Source of the DNA: Azolla caroliniana
Lineage: Eukaryota; Plantae; Polypodiophyta
Direction: 5' to 3'
Assembly (NCBI GenBank): GCA_043228905.1
Contig: JBHGNT010000003.1
Coordinates: forward strand, 1,984,001-2,048,000
DNA: 64,000 bases
Positions 63,502 to 64,000 of the stretch are shown here, in pieces. The first letter of the stretch is position 1, and every line of letters starts with the position of its first letter. The translations under genes and the position numbers were made by a program. A model generated the notes under the pieces. It was given only the letters and a program-made list of their open reading frames with translations, ran no database searches and had not been told where the DNA came from.

Positions 63502-64000
63502 AAAAGAGTTTCTTATTTCATAAAGCAACAATACAACAACCAACCCCACAAAGAGGTTACAAGGTCACTATATATAGTGACTGACTTAGGGCAACTACCC
63601 TTTATGCTAATTACAGAAATGGCCAAAACGGGATAATGTGAATACGTCCATTATACACATGTATTCGACACTCCCCCGTAATGGGCGTATACATGGGTTA
63701 TCTGAGATTACAGGTATAAACTTAGGTTCTCGGACATATCAGCTTTGTTTGAGTCGGCAGGGTCCGAAGGCAGAAGACCGAACTGGTCGGGTCGGAACAG
63801 TCGAAGCCGATCATTAAGGAACTGATGTCGGTTGTCGGGAACCATTCTGCTCTGTGTCCGGCTCTAACCGGACTGGTTTGTCGTTACGCCCATCTGATGC
63901 CGAAGAGACCGAAAACGGTCTGCCGAAAGACATTTGGTCATTCCATCTGCGACATTGTCGGTTGTGGATATTTTCTCTAGACCGATTTTCCCTGAGATGA
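63379..64000 (-). mobile_element. Ty1/copia element 'Copia-4', 3' end (RNase H C-terminus, PPT, 3' LTR 63670-63379)
   Basis: Minus strand encodes KIGLEKISTTDNVADGMTKCLSADRF..* (stop at 63864), then PPT GGGGGAG (63677-63671) and a 292-bp LTR TGTCG...CAACA that interrupts the gypsy ORF. Confidence 0.88.

Overview
Eukaryotic, repeat-dominated nuclear DNA from a land plant. The LINE and LTR families look like those of non-seed plants (moss, lycophyte or fern), which is inference only. There is one intact protein-coding gene, a two-exon leucine-rich-repeat extensin (LRX, 20494-23121 +). Two host-gene pseudogenes are present: a BOP/NPR-like BTB gene (12.7-13.8 kb -) next to a Mutator-like terminal repeat, and an intronless SYP1-type syntaxin (47.7-48.6 kb -). 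The rest is nested transposons: four Ty1/copia elements (two complete with TSDs, two cut by the window edges), a tRNA-Trp-primed Ty3/gypsy element, two solo LTRs with TSDs, two long decayed LINEs hosting four LTR insertions, short LINE 3' fragments and a hAT MITE. The most notable unexplained signals are four. (1) All four copia 3' junctions have an inverted repeat placing the PPT and LTR start in a loop, built from three unrelated sequences. (2) Two copia elements have a second PPT-like motif and an extra 3' segment. (3) One copia family is strongly CCGG-rich. (4) Two divergent LINE families share a terminal motif, TAACTAATGGAA...T-run-GGA. All counts and alignments were done by eye.
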